Source of the DNA: Squalus acanthias
Lineage: Eukaryota
Direction of reading: 5' to 3'
Assembly: GCA_030390025.1 (NCBI GenBank)
Contig: CM059432.1
Coordinates: forward strand, 150,538,001-150,602,000
Length of the DNA: 64,000 nt
In this document: positions 50,517-63,294 of the stretch, one piece after another
How the letters are laid out: the number at the start of each line of letters is the position of its first letter
Position numbering within the stretch: the stretch's first letter is position 1
Made by a program: the position numbers and the translations under genes
Notes under the pieces: generated by a model
Told to the model about the DNA's origin: nothing
What the model saw: only the letters and a program-made list of their open reading frames with translations
The model's database searches: none

Positions 50517-50949
50517 TGCCCCAGGATCTTTTTTTTTTTTAAAAAGGGTTTCCATAACTTTACCCACAATGGACATTAAACTCACTTGTCTGTAGTTTCC
50601 TGGGTCACTTTTGCTACCTTTTATAGAAATAGGAGTAATATCTGTCTTTCTCCAGTCCCCAGACACTGGAAGATTTGTGCGAAAGTTCCTGCAATTTCCT
50701 TCCTTAGTTCCTTAAAGATCCTCAGATGCATTATAGCCAGCCCGAGATTTATTTATCTTAAGTTTGCACAACTGTTCGGCAACCATGCTCGTAGTAATGC
50801 GAATAGTATGACAACTTAGCTCAGCAACAACCTCTACTTCAATTTTCAGATCAAATAAGTTACCTGTCTACTCCTTGGCAAAAAAACTTATTTAGCATAT
50901 CTGCAGCCTGTGTAACATCAGTTGTCATTTAATATTCCAATATATAAAT

Positions 50950-51410
50950 AGAATGATACAGCACAGAAGGACGCCATTTTGCCATCGGAACTGTGCCAGC
51001 TCTTTGGTAGAGCTATCCAATCAGTCCCACTCCCTTGCTCTTTCCCCACAGCCCTGTAAGTGTGTTTCCTTCAAGTATTTATCCAATTCCCCTTTGAATG
51101 TTACTATTGAATCTGCTTCCACCACCTTTTCAGATAGTGCATTCCAGATCACAACAACTTGCTGTGTAAAAACATGTTTCCTCATGTTGCCTCTAGTTCT
51201 TTTACCAATCACCTTAAATCTGTGTCCTCTTGTTACGAACCCTTCTGCCATTGGAAACAGTTTTAGCCTATTCACTATCAAAACAGTTCATGATTTTGAA
51301 CACATCGATCAAATCCCCTCTTAACCTTCTCTGCTCTAAGGAGAACAACCCCAGCTTCACCAATCTCTCCACATAACTGAAGTCCCTCTTCCCTGGAACC
51401 ATTCTAGTAA
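50950..51410 (-). mobile_element. CR1 3' fragment
   Basis: LGLFSLEQRRLRGDLI, TRGHRFKVIGKR. Confidence 0.88.
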
Positions 51411-53179
51411 AACCATAAGTACAATAGAAGAACAACAGCTGAGCGGAAATCTGGGAGCAACCACTGGCACAGGTACAATGGGCCGAAACAAAAGATCTAT
51501 GATTTCTGTCAGCAGCATTTCTAGCTGAAGGTATCCAATAGTCCATAATTCATATAATGTTCAATGTTCTTATTGCTTCCCTTCGTATTGGACACGATTT
51601 CAAATACAAGTAACACAATCAGAAAGGTTCTTTAGAGCTAGTGACATTCTCTCACCATCTAATGTACAATATCCCAAGCAATACTACACAATTATAAATA
51701 AAGTGAAGAGACAAGGTCTCCTTGACACTGTAATCCATAAATAATTGGCCTAGCACTGTCCTACCTAATTATTTCAAAAACAGATCCCTCGATTCTCTGG
51801 ACACACAGCACATTCACTGCAGCAATGTCTCATTGTCAGCATGAATTAATAGGATTGTCTGAAATTTCCAACTTTAGCAATAAGCAAGTGTACTCTAAAT
51901 GCTACAAAACTGATTTTTTAAGGGACATAATTATGTGTTGGCACTCTGGGGAAATTGTGTTAGGACAGTGTTCAGCCAACGACATTGGTAGATTAGCAAC
52001 CTTCCTTTACATTGTTTGCTTTCCATCATCTGTTTTACCTTTTGAAAACTGTTAATATAATTAATAAGGTGGTATCTGAGGTGTTGGCACCTTGAACATG
52101 TATGGGGCTACTTCTGTCCCTGCATAATGGGAATTAATATAATCTTACATATTTGGAATGATACCTAGCTTCTCAAATACTGTACTGTATTCATATAAAG
52201 CAGTAATGGATATGATGTCAGACTCTCATTCAAAAGGTTTATTACCAGCATCTCAGGACTGATCTACAAGGGTGCAACAGAGAAAGTGGTGATATCTAGC
52301 CTTGAAAGGTGACTGTGGGGAGAACTGATACAACATGGGAAAAAGCAACTCCAGAACATGATTTCAGGGTTAATCACAACAGTAGAACAAGGAAGCACAG
52401 GTTAAAAGTGAAGTTATTTTAGGTCTATTGTCAAGGAAAGGTCTTTCATACAAAGAGTAATTAATACTTGGAATGGGCTTCCAGGAACAGTCACGGAAAC
52501 AAAAACCTGTGTCAGTTAGAGGGTCTGGTGTTGGGTCTGAATGGTCCTGCTCATCTGTATTCATCTTATGAACTCTATTACCTTTCAGCTGCACACATTG
52601 GTAATTCTCGCCCAGGCAGCTTGATTGAAATGAACAGCTGCATCACAATGGCAAGGAGGCTAGAAGTACCACTGTAGCATTCTGCCCTGGTAACCCAAAG
52701 CCTGGAGGAGTTTGTGGTTTTTACTATAGCCTTTGAGATCCCAGAACTCCTGCTGGCACTCTGAAGCAGCATTTTCACTGCGGCTGTGACTCAGATCAGA
52801 TGGCAGCAGGACTTTTATGTGAACTGAGGTTGGTGCACAAGAGGGACTGGGCAGAAGCAATGCTGGGCTGGAAGGGAAAAGCAGGCTGGGTTTAGGCCTG
52901 GGTTATAGAGTGTAGAAGAGAGATTTGAGAATACACAGCATTCAGAGAGATCTGGGGCCTGGAACCTGGTAGTGCTTGAGTGGGTAGGGATAGGGTTTTA
53001 GCAGCATTTAGGAGTTATGGCCCATGGGGCTGTCAGCACTTGAGGGAGCATCTAGCAGTCTATTGATTTCATTAGTAAGGCTCTCTGCCTGCAGGTCAAA
53101 CAATATTATTGCATTCAATTAACAAATCCAATTTCCTGAGTGAAAGGTTGGAAAAGAGCAAGAAAGTAGGGGCCTGAGT

Positions 53180-54162
53180 CATAGAAACATAGAAGATAGG
53201 AGCAGGAGTAGGCCATTCGGCCCCTCTAGCCTGCTCCGCCATTCAATGCGATCATGGCTGATCATCCAAATTCAGAACCCTGTCCCTGCTTTCTCCCCAT
53301 ATCCCTTGATCCCTTTAGCCTTAAGAAATATATTTATCTCCTTCTTGAATATATTTAATGAATTGGCCTCTACTGCCTTCTGTGGTAAAGAATTCCACCA
53401 CTCTCTGGGTGAAGAAATTCCTCCTCATCTCAGTCCTAAATGGCTTACCCCTTATCCTTAGACTGTGACCCCTGGTTCTGGACTCCCTGACCATTGGGAA
53501 CATCCTTCCTGCATCTAGTCTGTCCAGTCCTTTCAGAATTTTATAAGTTTCAATGAGATCCCCTCTCATTCTTCTAAACTCGAGCGAGTATAAGCCCAAT
53601 TGACCCAATCTCTCCTCATACGTCATTCCTGCCATCCCAGGTTATCAGCCTTGTGAATCTTCGCTGCACTCCCTCCATGGCAAGAACATCCTTCCTCAGA
53701 TAAGGCGACCAAAACTGCACACAATACTCAAGATGTGGTCTCACCAAGGCCCTGTACAACTGCAGCAAGACATCCTTGTTCCTGTACTCAAACCCTCTCG
53801 CTACAAAGGCCAACATACCATTTGCCTTCTTAACCGCCTGCTGCACCTGCATGCTTACCTTCAGCGACTGGTGCACAAGGACACCCAGGTCTCGTTGCAC
53901 TTCGCCTTCTCCCATTCTATTGCCATTCAGATAATAATCTGCCTTCCTGTTTTTGACACCAAAGTGGATAACCTCGCATTTATCCACGTTATATTGCATC
54001 TGCCATGCTTCTGCCCAATCACCCAACCTGTCCAAATCATCCTGGAGTTTCTCGGCATCCTCCTCGCAGCACACACGCCCACCCAGCTTTGTGTCGTCTG
54101 CAAACTTGGAGATATTACATCTAATTCCCTTGTCTAGATCATTAATATATATTGTGAATAGC
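53180..54162 (-). mobile_element. CR1 LINE 3' fragment; likely partner of the V-SINE tail
   Basis: [25 protein letters not shown]; 3' UTR shared with the V-SINEs. Confidence 0.93.
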
Positions 54163-54339
54163 ACATGTGCAAAGCGATAGTGAGGAACACTGATTATCTG
54201 TATGTGGCCAGAGGCCTCAAAAGAGGTACTGTGCTCACATATGTGTGGAACTGAGGGATTGTCAGCAAGGAAGACAGAGGTGAAAGGGTTAGTTGAGTAT
54301 CAGTATAGTTAACAGATTATTGTTACTTGAACTCAATAC

Positions 54340-54720
54340 CCACCCCCTTCATCATCAGCACACTATGGCTGCAGTATATACAATCTATAGGATGCACGGG
54401 AGCAACTCACCAAGGTTACTTTGACAGCACCTCCCTCCCCTGTGATCTCTACCACCGAAAAGGACAAGAACAGCAATGTCATGGAAACACCATCACCTCC
54501 ATGTTCCCCTCCAAGTCACACTCCATCCTAATGTGGACATAATCACTATTCCGACATCATTGCTGGGTCAGTAGCCTGGAATTCCTTACCTAACATCATT
54601 GTGGGAGCACCATCACCACGAGTACTGCAACAATTCAAAGAGAAGGACCACCATCACCTTCTCAGGGCAATTAGGAATGAGCAATAAGGACGGCCTTGCT
54701 CACATCCAGAGAACAAAAAG
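54340..54720 (+). mobile_element. Old LINE 3' end (CR1-group)
   Basis: WNSLP-coding region (tggaattccttacct) and tail caccttctcagggcaattagg shared with the SINE at 63295. Confidence 0.6.
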
Positions 54721-54971
54721 ACTGCTAGCACCAAGAATGACCCAGAGGGAAAGGGTTAACCTGGGAGGGATGGTGCAGGGTATACTAACATGTACTGGGT
54801 ACGATTATGGTAAAAAAAAAAATTGGTTAATTATGTAATTCTTAATCTATTTATATTACAAATATAATTGTTAGGAGGAAGTAACAAGGTCACAGAAACT
54901 ACTCTGAAAAGAAATGTGAGCAATTTGATTGATAGTTTTACTCATCTGTCTAGTGAATGCAAATGATGTTT

Positions 54972-55490
54972 AAGAACATAAGAAATAGGAGCAGGAGTAG
55001 TCCGTACGGCCCCTCGAGCCTGCTCCGCCATTCAATAAGATCATGGCTGAACTTCTACATCAACTCCACTTTCTCGCCCTATCCCCATATCCCTTGGTTT
55101 CCTTAGTGCCCAAAAATCTATCGATCTCAGTCTTAAATATACTCAACGACTAAACATCCACAGCCTCTGGGGTAGAGAATTCAAAAGATTTACAACCCTC
55201 TGAGTCAAGAAATTTCTCATCTCAGTCCTAAATGGCCGACCCTCTAGCCAGGGAAAACAGCCTTTACCCTGCAAAGCCCCTTCAGAATTTTTTCTGTTTC
55301 AATGAGATCATCTCTCATTCTTCTAAACTCCAGAGAGTATAAGGTCCATTCTACTCAATCTCTCCTCATAGGACAACCCTCTTATCCCAGGAATCAATCT
55401 GGTAAACCTTTGTTGCAGCCCCCCGAAGGCAAGTATATTCTTCCTTAGGTAAGGAGACCAGAACTGTACACAGTACTCCAGCTATGGTCT
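54972..55490 (-). mobile_element. CR1 3' fragment with deletions
   Basis: 3' UTR similar to the 37931 and 53180 copies. Confidence 0.85.
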
Positions 55491-55944
55491 CTCATTTAAT
55501 TGCTTACATTTATTCAACGGACTAGTTGAGTGAATCAGTATGGTTAACTTAACAGATATTGGTTACTTGAGCCTATGACAAATATATGACATACACTTTT
55601 AAAAGTGTGATGCCCTATGAACACGTGAGACACAAGACATTCAATTATAAAATAAAATATAAATACATCCACACTATAGTTCAGCTAACCTGCAAGTGAA
55701 GATTGTTCATTTGCAATATCAAGGTTTTCCTGAAACAGGCCATAATTTAGTTGGAAAGTAAACTGTGACTGCAAAGAAAGTGTGGAACTACATATAAAGC
55801 CAGCATTATGTGATACTGACTAATTGAATTTTCCTGCGAGACTGTGTACTTCAAGTAAATTCAGGAGCCAAAAGGTAATTCCACTTGATGGGGTGCTTTG
55901 GCTCAGTGAACCATTAAAAAAGCAACATTGTTACGTCGAGTTGC

Positions 55945-56085
55945 ATCAAGTCTACAGCACAGAAACAGGCCATTCGACCCAACTGGTCTCTGCCGGTGTT
56001 TATGTTCCACACAAGCTCCTCCCACCCCTCCTCCTCTAACTTTATCAGCATATCCTTCTATTCCTTCTCCCTCATAGATTATCTA
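55945..56085 (-). mobile_element. CR1 3' tail fragment
   Basis: acagcacagaaacaggccattcg motif as at 8870 and 27685. Confidence 0.7.
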
Positions 56086-56512
56086 AGATAGATAAGTACA
56101 ACACTATGGAATCTGTTGGTTTTAGTCAATAATTAAGGAAGAAGGAAGTACAATTCTAATGATCCTTTAAGATGCTACAGAACAATAAAACAAATCTTAA
56201 CACAGTGAAAGTAGATACAGGAAACTTTCGTTTATCCGGCATCGACGGGACCGGCGTGGTGCCGGTTTATCGAAAGTACCGGATAACGGAGAGTTATATC
56301 TACCGAGGCTATTTTTAACATAAAAAAATCAAGAAATGTGCAGTATACAGTATTTGGGTACTCACCTACAGAATGTTGTGTTAAATGGATAGTGGAAGAT
56401 GCTTAATTAAGTACAGTACTGCCAGTTGAGGGTAATCCATAACTCTTTAATGACTTAACAGTAAAACAAAACTTATAAACGACTGTCTACAGTACTGTAG
56501 TTGACTGTACAC

Positions 56513-58285
56513 TTATTCCGAGTCATCTGGTTCATCAGAAATATCCGTATCCGTGCCAGCTGGGTCATCAGGATCACGCAGTTCCACCGATGCCACAGAT
56601 TCTTCAGACACTTCCGCTGCTGCGACTCTTTTGGAAGCTTTCTTAAACATGTTGCGGATGTCGGTTTGCTTAGTGGACTCTTGCCTTTTCTGTAGAAAGG
56701 TGGAATGCAGAATATGGAGTTGCATAACTTCTTGTGCAGAGTAGCAAGTCTGCCTTTCAGCAAATTTGAGGATTGTAGAAAATCCTTCTGCAGCTTTAGC
56801 CCAAGAAATCTTCTCTTCTTCAGAAATTTCATCCTCTTCACTTTCCATCTCGCTTTCCTTTTCTTTCTTTGGATTCAAAACATTCTCAATTATTTCATCA
56901 TCACTTAGCATATGCACAACACCAACTTCTCTATCTGCATCAACCCACTGCTCGATATCACTTTCACTGAGGTGACGTAGAGGGTTTGCTGGGCCTGCAT
57001 TTTTCACCATTCCAGCCATTTCCATTATTGTACTCTTCTTGGGACGAACACTGAACCCATGAAATTCCTCCTCTGAAGAAGAACCTTCAGCAAACATTAC
57101 AGAAGGCCACAATTTGCGCCAGGCTTGCCTCAGAGTGTGACCTTTCACCAATTTCCAGGAACATGCAACATTATAGATGGCATCTTTAATATTGTATTCC
57201 TTCTGCAAATCTTGAATATTCTCATCTTGACTTAGCAGTTTACGTAGGAAGTCTTTCTTGTAATGACACTTCAGATTTTGGATAACGCCCTGGTCCATGG
57301 GTTGGATGAGAGAAGTTACATTTGGTGGCAAATAAATGGTGAAAATATTTCCTGAAACCAACTGGGATTCATGCGGATGGGCTCTGCAATTATCAAGCAA
57401 TAAAATGCATTTGCTATCTTCAGGTTTCCCTATTCTGCGGAAATGTTCCTTCACAGATGAAACAAAAATATGATGGAACCAATCGGAGAAGATTTCCTTA
57501 TCCATCCAAGCATTTTTTTGAGCTTTGTACTCAACAGGTAAGTGCCTCACATTTTTAAATGCACGGGGATTTTTATACTTCCCGATAACAAGAAGTTTAA
57601 CCCGGTGTGATCCAGCGGCGTTCGCACATGTTAGCACGGTTACACGATCTTTATTTTTCTTGTAACCTGAAGCATTAGCCTCACTAGCCCCAGCAAGCGT
57701 TGATTCTGGCAAAAACCTCCAAAACAAGCCAGTTTCATCGGCATTGTAGATCTGTGCTGGCGACAAATCATGTTGCTGCACAATCCGATTGAAATAATCG
57801 CAGTATTCTTCTGCGGCTTCGTGATCAGCTGATTTCTTCTCCCCGGAAATATCGAGTCGTCGTATCCCGTGCCATAACTTGAAGCACGTTAGCCATCCAT
57901 CGGAGAAAGCACACTTGTCAGTGAGCTCCATCCTTTCGTAGAAATCCTTTGCTTTCTCGTTTAGCATGGGTCCGGAAATTGGAACACCCTCTGAACGCTT
58001 AAGAGAAAACCATTCATAAAGCACGGTATCCAGCTCTTCAAGCTTAGGCTTACGAAGCGTATGCCGTTTCTCTACACTCTTGCATGTCTCCGAGCTTGAA
58101 TAAAACTTGAGCAGCTTATCCTTCTGCGATTTGATGTCGTAGATTGTTGACGAACCGATTTTGAATTCAGTCATAATGTTGATACGCTTCTCTCCCCTTT
58201 CTAGTCGTTGGCATATCTCGATTTTCTGTTTTAAAGTTAAGACCACTCTCTTCCTTTTGCTTGGACCAGCTTTTGGGAATTCCAT
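56513..58285 (-). CDS. Tigger/Jerky-like transposase, 590 aa (CENP-B_N/psq HTH, CENP-B HTH, DDE_1; DD32D)
   Basis: ATG at 58285; [55 protein letters not shown]; 32 residues between the 2nd and 3rd Asp; no stops. Confidence 0.94.
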   Translation of the reverse strand: MEFPKAGPSKRKRVVLTLKQKIEICQRLERGEKRINIMTEFKIGSSTIYDIKSQKDKLLKFYSSSETCKSVEKRHTLRKPKLEELDTVLYEWFSLKRSEGVPISGPMLNEKAKDFYERMELTDKCAFSDGWLTCFKLWHGIRRLDISGEKKSADHEAAEEYCDYFNRIVQQHDLSPAQIYNADETGLFWRFLPESTLAGASEANASGYKKNKDRVTVLTCANAAGSHRVKLLVIGKYKNPRAFKNVRHLPVEYKAQKNAWMDKEIFSDWFHHIFVSSVKEHFRRIGKPEDSKCILLLDNCRAHPHESQLVSGNIFTIYLPPNVTSLIQPMDQGVIQNLKCHYKKDFLRKLLSQDENIQDLQKEYNIKDAIYNVACSWKLVKGHTLRQAWRKLWPSVMFAEGSSSEEEFHGFSVRPKKSTIMEMAGMVKNAGPANPLRHLSESDIEQWVDADREVGVVHMLSDDEIIENVLNPKKEKESEMESEEDEISEEEKISWAKAAEGFSTILKFAERQTCYSAQEVMQLHILHSTFLQKRQESTKQTDIRNMFKKASKRVAAAEVSEESVASVELRDPDDPAGTDTDISDEPDDSE

Positions 58286-58349
58286 AATGCAAGATGGAGG
58301 AGATAATTGCCGATGAAGATGGAAAGACACACAGAACAATGGTGGCTAG

Positions 58350-58517
58350 GAAGAGACTACCAGCAGTGTGGCAGACACAGAGCAAAATGGTGTATCAGAA
58401 GAGACTACAGTACCAGCAGCGTGGCAGACACACAGCAAAATGGTGGATCAGAAGAGACTACCAGCATCGTGGGAGACACCCAGCAAAATGGCCGATCAGA
58501 AGAGACTCCAGGCAGCG
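58350..58517. repeat. About 3.4 tandem copies of a 48-53 bp unit upstream of the transposase
   Basis: GAAGAGACT at 58350, 58398, 58451 and 58499. Confidence 0.9.
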
Positions 58518-58614
58518 CGGGAGAATCTACTCCTGCTACTGCAATGTTTCGGACTTGCGACAGCACCAGGAGGCCGAGTAGTGGCACTTTTGAAAAGTAC
58601 CCCTACTGACTAAA

Positions 58615-58746
58615 TCGGCGTTCGCGGACTCGGACTCGGGATCGGCAACATTGCCTGTTATTTGAGAGGAGTTTTCAGAGCACTCGGCGTTCGCAGAGAC
58701 TCGACTGCGACTCGGCAACATTGCCGGTTATTTGAGAGGAGTTTTC
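58615..58746. repeat. Two copies of a roughly 70-bp subterminal repeat
   Basis: tcggcgttcgc...tcggcaacattgcc(t/g)gttatttgagaggagttttc occurs twice. Confidence 0.9.
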
Positions 58747-59229
58747 GGATGATGATTTTTGCCGGTTAAGCGAGAATTCCGGATATTTGGGTGCCGGATA
58801 AACGAAAGTTTCCTGTAAAATTAATGATGCAGCAGCACATGAAATGAGCCCAGAGTCAGCAGTTCACCTCATTCTGCAATAATGCCTCAAAAAAAGCAAA
58901 CTCTCATTATTCAGATATCCAGGTCATCTGAACATGCTTGCAACCACAGTGAAACTACAGGCTGTGGCTCAGAGCAGCCCAAATTTCCACTCCCTCAGTA
59001 TCTGTGAGCACTATAGTATCCAGGACTTTACAGCGACATTATCCAGCTATTCAGCTCCTTCAGATCTGCACTGCACATTAGCAGTTACCAAACCACACAC
59101 AGCAATCCCCACAAAAGTGTGAAATAACCCTTTGGTGGATCATTGCACTTGAAATAAATCTTCACGTTTTTGCAGAAAGTGTAGCTTCTTTGGATTCAAA
59201 GGATTCAAATTTCAATTTTTCTGACAGCA

Positions 59230-60365
59230 GATTTCACCATACATATTGATGATTCGATGAAGGAATAGAGTTGTATATTCAAATTTACAGATGACAATAA
59301 GTTAGGAGACACAGTAGGTTGTGTAGGTGGTAGCAGGAATTTACAAAGGGACATATACAGATTAAGTGAGTGGGTAAAACTGTGGCAGTTAGAGTTTAAT
59401 GTGGGGAAGTGTGAGGCCATCCACTTTGGATCCAAGAAAGACAAATCAGAATATTTTCTTCAGGGCGAGAGACTAGGAACTGTGGAGGAGCAAAGGGATT
59501 TGGATGTCCAGGTACACTAAATGCTAGTGCACTGGTACAAAAATAATCAAAAAGGCTAATGGAATGTTGGCCTTTATCTCAAGGGAGTTGGAATTCGATA
59601 GAGTATATACACAGAAACTACTTCCCCAGGTGGGGGACTCTGGAGCAAGGGGGCACCATCTTAAAATTAGAGCTAGGCCATTTAGGAATGAAACATAGAA
59701 ACATAGAAACATAGAATCTAGGAGCAGGAGTAGGCCATTCGGCCCGTCGAGCCTGCTCCGCCATTCAATACGATCATGGCTGATCATCCAAATCCAGTAC
59801 CCTGTCCCTGCTTTAATCCCACAGTACACATATCCCACCCTACCCGTAACCACGTATTTAATTCCCCCTAACATATCCCATCCTATCCCCATAACCCCAC
59901 ATATTTAATCCTAAGGGTCAATTTATCATAGCCAAATCAACCTAACCCACACATTTTGGACTGTGGGAGGAAACCGGAGCACCCGGAGGAAACCCACGCA
60001 GACACGGGGAGAATGTGCAAACTCCACACAGACAGTCACCCGAGGTCAGATTCGAACCCGGGTCTCTGGCGCTGTGAGGCACCAGTGCTAACCACTATGC
60101 CACCATGTTGCCCATCAGGAAGCACTTTTCACACAATGGGTAGCAGCAGAAAAGTGGAATTCTCTCCCTGAAAATGCAGTGGATGCTGGGTCAATTGCAA
60201 TTTTCAAGACTGAGATTGATAGATTTTTATTACGTAAGGTTTTCAAGGGATGTGGATCAATGGCAGATAAATGGAGTTAAGTTACAGATCAGCCATGATC
60301 TAATTGAATAGCAGAAGAGGCTTGCGGGGTGAATGGCCTACTCCTGTTCCTATGCTGCTATGTCC
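59230..60365 (+). mobile_element. Decayed CR1 3' fragment split by a V-SINE
   Basis: KFTDDNKLG, KCEAIHFG; resumes after 60110 with the FFTQ region and 3' UTR. Confidence 0.8.
59691..60107 (-). mobile_element. V-SINE (HE1-like) with a small internal duplication
   Basis: Near-identical to 20962-21342; the segment acatatccca..tatttaat is duplicated. Confidence 0.88.
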
Positions 60366-61419
60366 TGTGTTCCTATGGATCCTAAGTAGGTGTTAAAATC
60401 ATAGTATGCAAAAAGCTGATGGTCTTTACTCACACACGACCATATGTAAAACAGCTCTAAAAGGATAGCAGTGCTGTATTTTAGCTATTCTAAAGACCAT
60501 GGTTGGCAAACATTTTACTTGCAAAAAGCAGTTCAGACAGATGCATCACACACACACAAGGCCAATTTCCCCCTCCTGATGTGCCTGTATTGAGGAGCAT
60601 TTTGTATCTCTATGCATAAACAAAAAAAGAAAAATTGAAAATGCCAAACCAAACTTGTTTTTTGGGTATTTGCCAAATGACCTCACACTGGCCTTATTCA
60701 GATCACTGTAGATTTAGTTTGACTCTTTCTCATAGTTGCTTCCAAGATTAAAATGACACTAAGGATCCAGGCCAACGTTTTCTGGTCAGAATACTGGCAG
60801 GCTACTATATAACCCGTGCTTCACTCACTCTCAGCATGGAAGCAATTGTCATCATTGTGAATGCTTGCTTCATTCATGAATATAGAAAATAAGTACTACA
60901 ATATGTATATCTGTGAAAAAATTGATAGCCGGGGGTGATTACTAAGCTTCAACTTGACCATGGACATCAATTATGCTAACCACAAGAATGTAATTCATAC
61001 CAATCAAGTGGAAGTAGAATTTAAAATCATAACATTGAAATGATTCCCTTCCATTGGTTGCAATACATCTTGTTAATAAAATATATTTTTTTTTAATCAT
61101 GTTCCTGTTCCTAGAAACTGTGAGATATAAGAAGTGCTGCAATCATCATTTGTGTCAACACCTACATCTCCACAGTTTAGCCGGTATATTAATTATATAT
61201 CCCTCCTCAAGAGCAATTATATTCAAATATGTTGGTAACTGTAAAAATGATCAGATTGGCAGATGCAGCAGTAACTTGTATTTCAAGGCTAAGGTGTATT
61301 ACTGTTCATGCCCTTTGTGGGTTTCAGTAGTAAACTGACATATGATCGCAAACAAAATGAGACACCAAATAGAAAATGCCATTTGGTTGATCTACATAGG
61401 AGGCCTACATACGAAGTGC

Positions 61420-61815
61420 CAGCTTGGTTGAGTAGTAGCACCCTCACGTCTGAGCCAGCAGCTCATGGATTCAAGCTCCACTCCAGCACTTGAGCACATA
61501 ACATAGGCTGACACCTCAGTGCAGTACCAAGGAAGTGCTACACTGTCAGAAGTGCAGTTTTTCAGGTGAGATGTTAAAGTGCGGCACTATTCATACAAGA
61601 GCAAGGGAGCTCTCCTGGTGTCTTGGCCAGCATATATCCCTGAGCCAACACCATCAAAACATTTACCTCATTGCTATTTGTGGGGTCTTGCTGTATGCAA
61701 GTTGCATTTACCTACAAAACAAGTCACTACACTTCAAAAATAATTTATTGGTTGTGAATCATTTTAGGACATTCTGAGGATCTGAAAAACGCTATATAAG
61801 TGCAAGTTCTTTCTT
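61420..61815 (+). mobile_element. DeuSINE, decayed
   Basis: Reverse-complement homologue of 24112-24550. Confidence 0.72.
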
Positions 61816-62879
61816 ATATTTGCCTTCAGACCAATCCTTCTTTAACGCCTTGCTTAAATGGTTTGTTTTAAATTTCATACATCAGCGAAGTTTGCAATCG
61901 TGGCGCTAAGAGGTGGTCTCTTCTATAACTTAACAATTAAGTGTGGTGTAATTACTGCTTACATTACATTCAGTTTGCAATTTCCCAAGTCTATTATGTT
62001 CCAGTTCACCAGATTCCACAAAAAGGATTTCTCCATTATTGATTCCCTTTGTGATATTAAAAACACAGATTGTGTCTCAGTCGGTCTACTTAGAGCCAGT
62101 GAGGACAGATTTAGCTCTCTCAGCTCCTCTTCATAGCTCAATCATACCCCTTTCCAAAGTCTCTATTGTCTTTCCATTAAGTTAACAAACTAGACAATAT
62201 TCCAAAGTATGCCTCACCTGTGTATATAAAATGGCAATCACCTTTTGAATTTATACACTGTTCTGTGTATCTTGGCAACTGCTGCTGCACAATGCAATGA
62301 CACTTTCAACATTTGGTCAACAAGCACAGCTAGATCCTTTTTATATTACAACTCACTTAACAACATACTATTTATTGTGTAATTAAATTTGCTATTTTTA
62401 GCACCATGTATTTCTCAGTATTAATTGCTTTTTGCCATTCAACTGCTCAGTTGCTAAGTTACCATTGGTGTCTCTGAACAGTACTTCCTTCTTGAAATAT
62501 CCTTTTTCCACAGAACTTTGCTATATACATAAAATTAAAGGGTAGCTTTATTGTTACTTTTCTGTCACTGTGAAACAGTTTCAATTTCGGAGCAACACAA
62601 AAGTGACAGTCTAACTTATTCTGGAATGAAATCTGTATCACACTACTTTAAGCTTAACACCATATAAAATATAGTGCCATGTCAAACCAGGTTTAAAACA
62701 TATTCGGGAGTCCCTGCCCAGGATGTTGCACTTTATAAAATTAGGTGAAGTTTAATTCTTCAAAGAATGCTGGCGTTTTTCGACTGTGCTCCCAAAACAA
62801 TTAAAATTTACCATCTGAAAACAGTGCTCTGCACGTGCTCTGACTGTTTGATTCAGAATCAGGCAGTGTAAACGTGGTA

Positions 62880-62938
62880 TAAAAACAGAAAATGCTGGAA
62901 ATACTCAGCAGGTCAGGCAGCATCTGTAGAGAGAGAAA
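62880..62938 (-). mobile_element. Very short Penelope-type fragment
   Basis: Matches 32995-33058; flanked by the imperfect repeat cagtgtaaacgtggta / cagtgcaaacgtggca. Confidence 0.65.
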
Positions 62939-63240
62939 CAGTGCAAACGTGGCACTGCTCAGCTGGAAATAATTCTGCAGCTTCCAGTCTCACACCATTA
63001 GTTAAGGTAAACAGCCCTAACCAAAGTCATGAAGGACATTGTGACTATGGCTGTGGTATGTTAATCGCTCCTCATCCTCTCTGCACCCTTGGACACAGTT
63101 CAACACATTATCCTTCTCTAACATCTCTCTTCTGTTGTCCACCTCGTTGGCAATGCCCTTGCTTGGTTCTACTCTTACCTATCCAATCATAGCCAGTATA
63201 TCCCAATCACCTGGGACTCTCCCAAAGATCCATCCTCGAG

Positions 63241-63272
63241 CCTTCCTCCTCCTCCTCCTCCTCCTCCTCCTC
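63241..63272 (+). repeat. (CCT)n microsatellite
   Basis: Direct reading. Confidence 0.95.
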
Positions 63273-63294
63273 ATCTACACACTGCAACATCAAG

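Larger units (their letters stand above)
49953..50940 (-). mobile_element. Old CR1 fragment
   Basis: YLDFHKAFDTVP, DPGNYRQVSL. Confidence 0.8.
56218..58815 (-). mobile_element. Intact pogo/Tigger (Tc1-mariner group) DNA transposon
   Basis: Perfect 24-bp TIR CAGGAAACTTTCGTTTATCCGGCA; TA TSD at 56216-56217 and 58816-58817; single ORF. Confidence 0.96.

Noticed and set aside
56513..58339. Host JRKL/TIGD gene
   Set aside because: Perfect TIRs and a TA TSD show it is a transposon; the ORF-track start at 58339 is not ATG.
58350..58517. CRISPR-like array
   Set aside because: Whole units are similar with no unique spacers; eukaryotic context and no cas genes.
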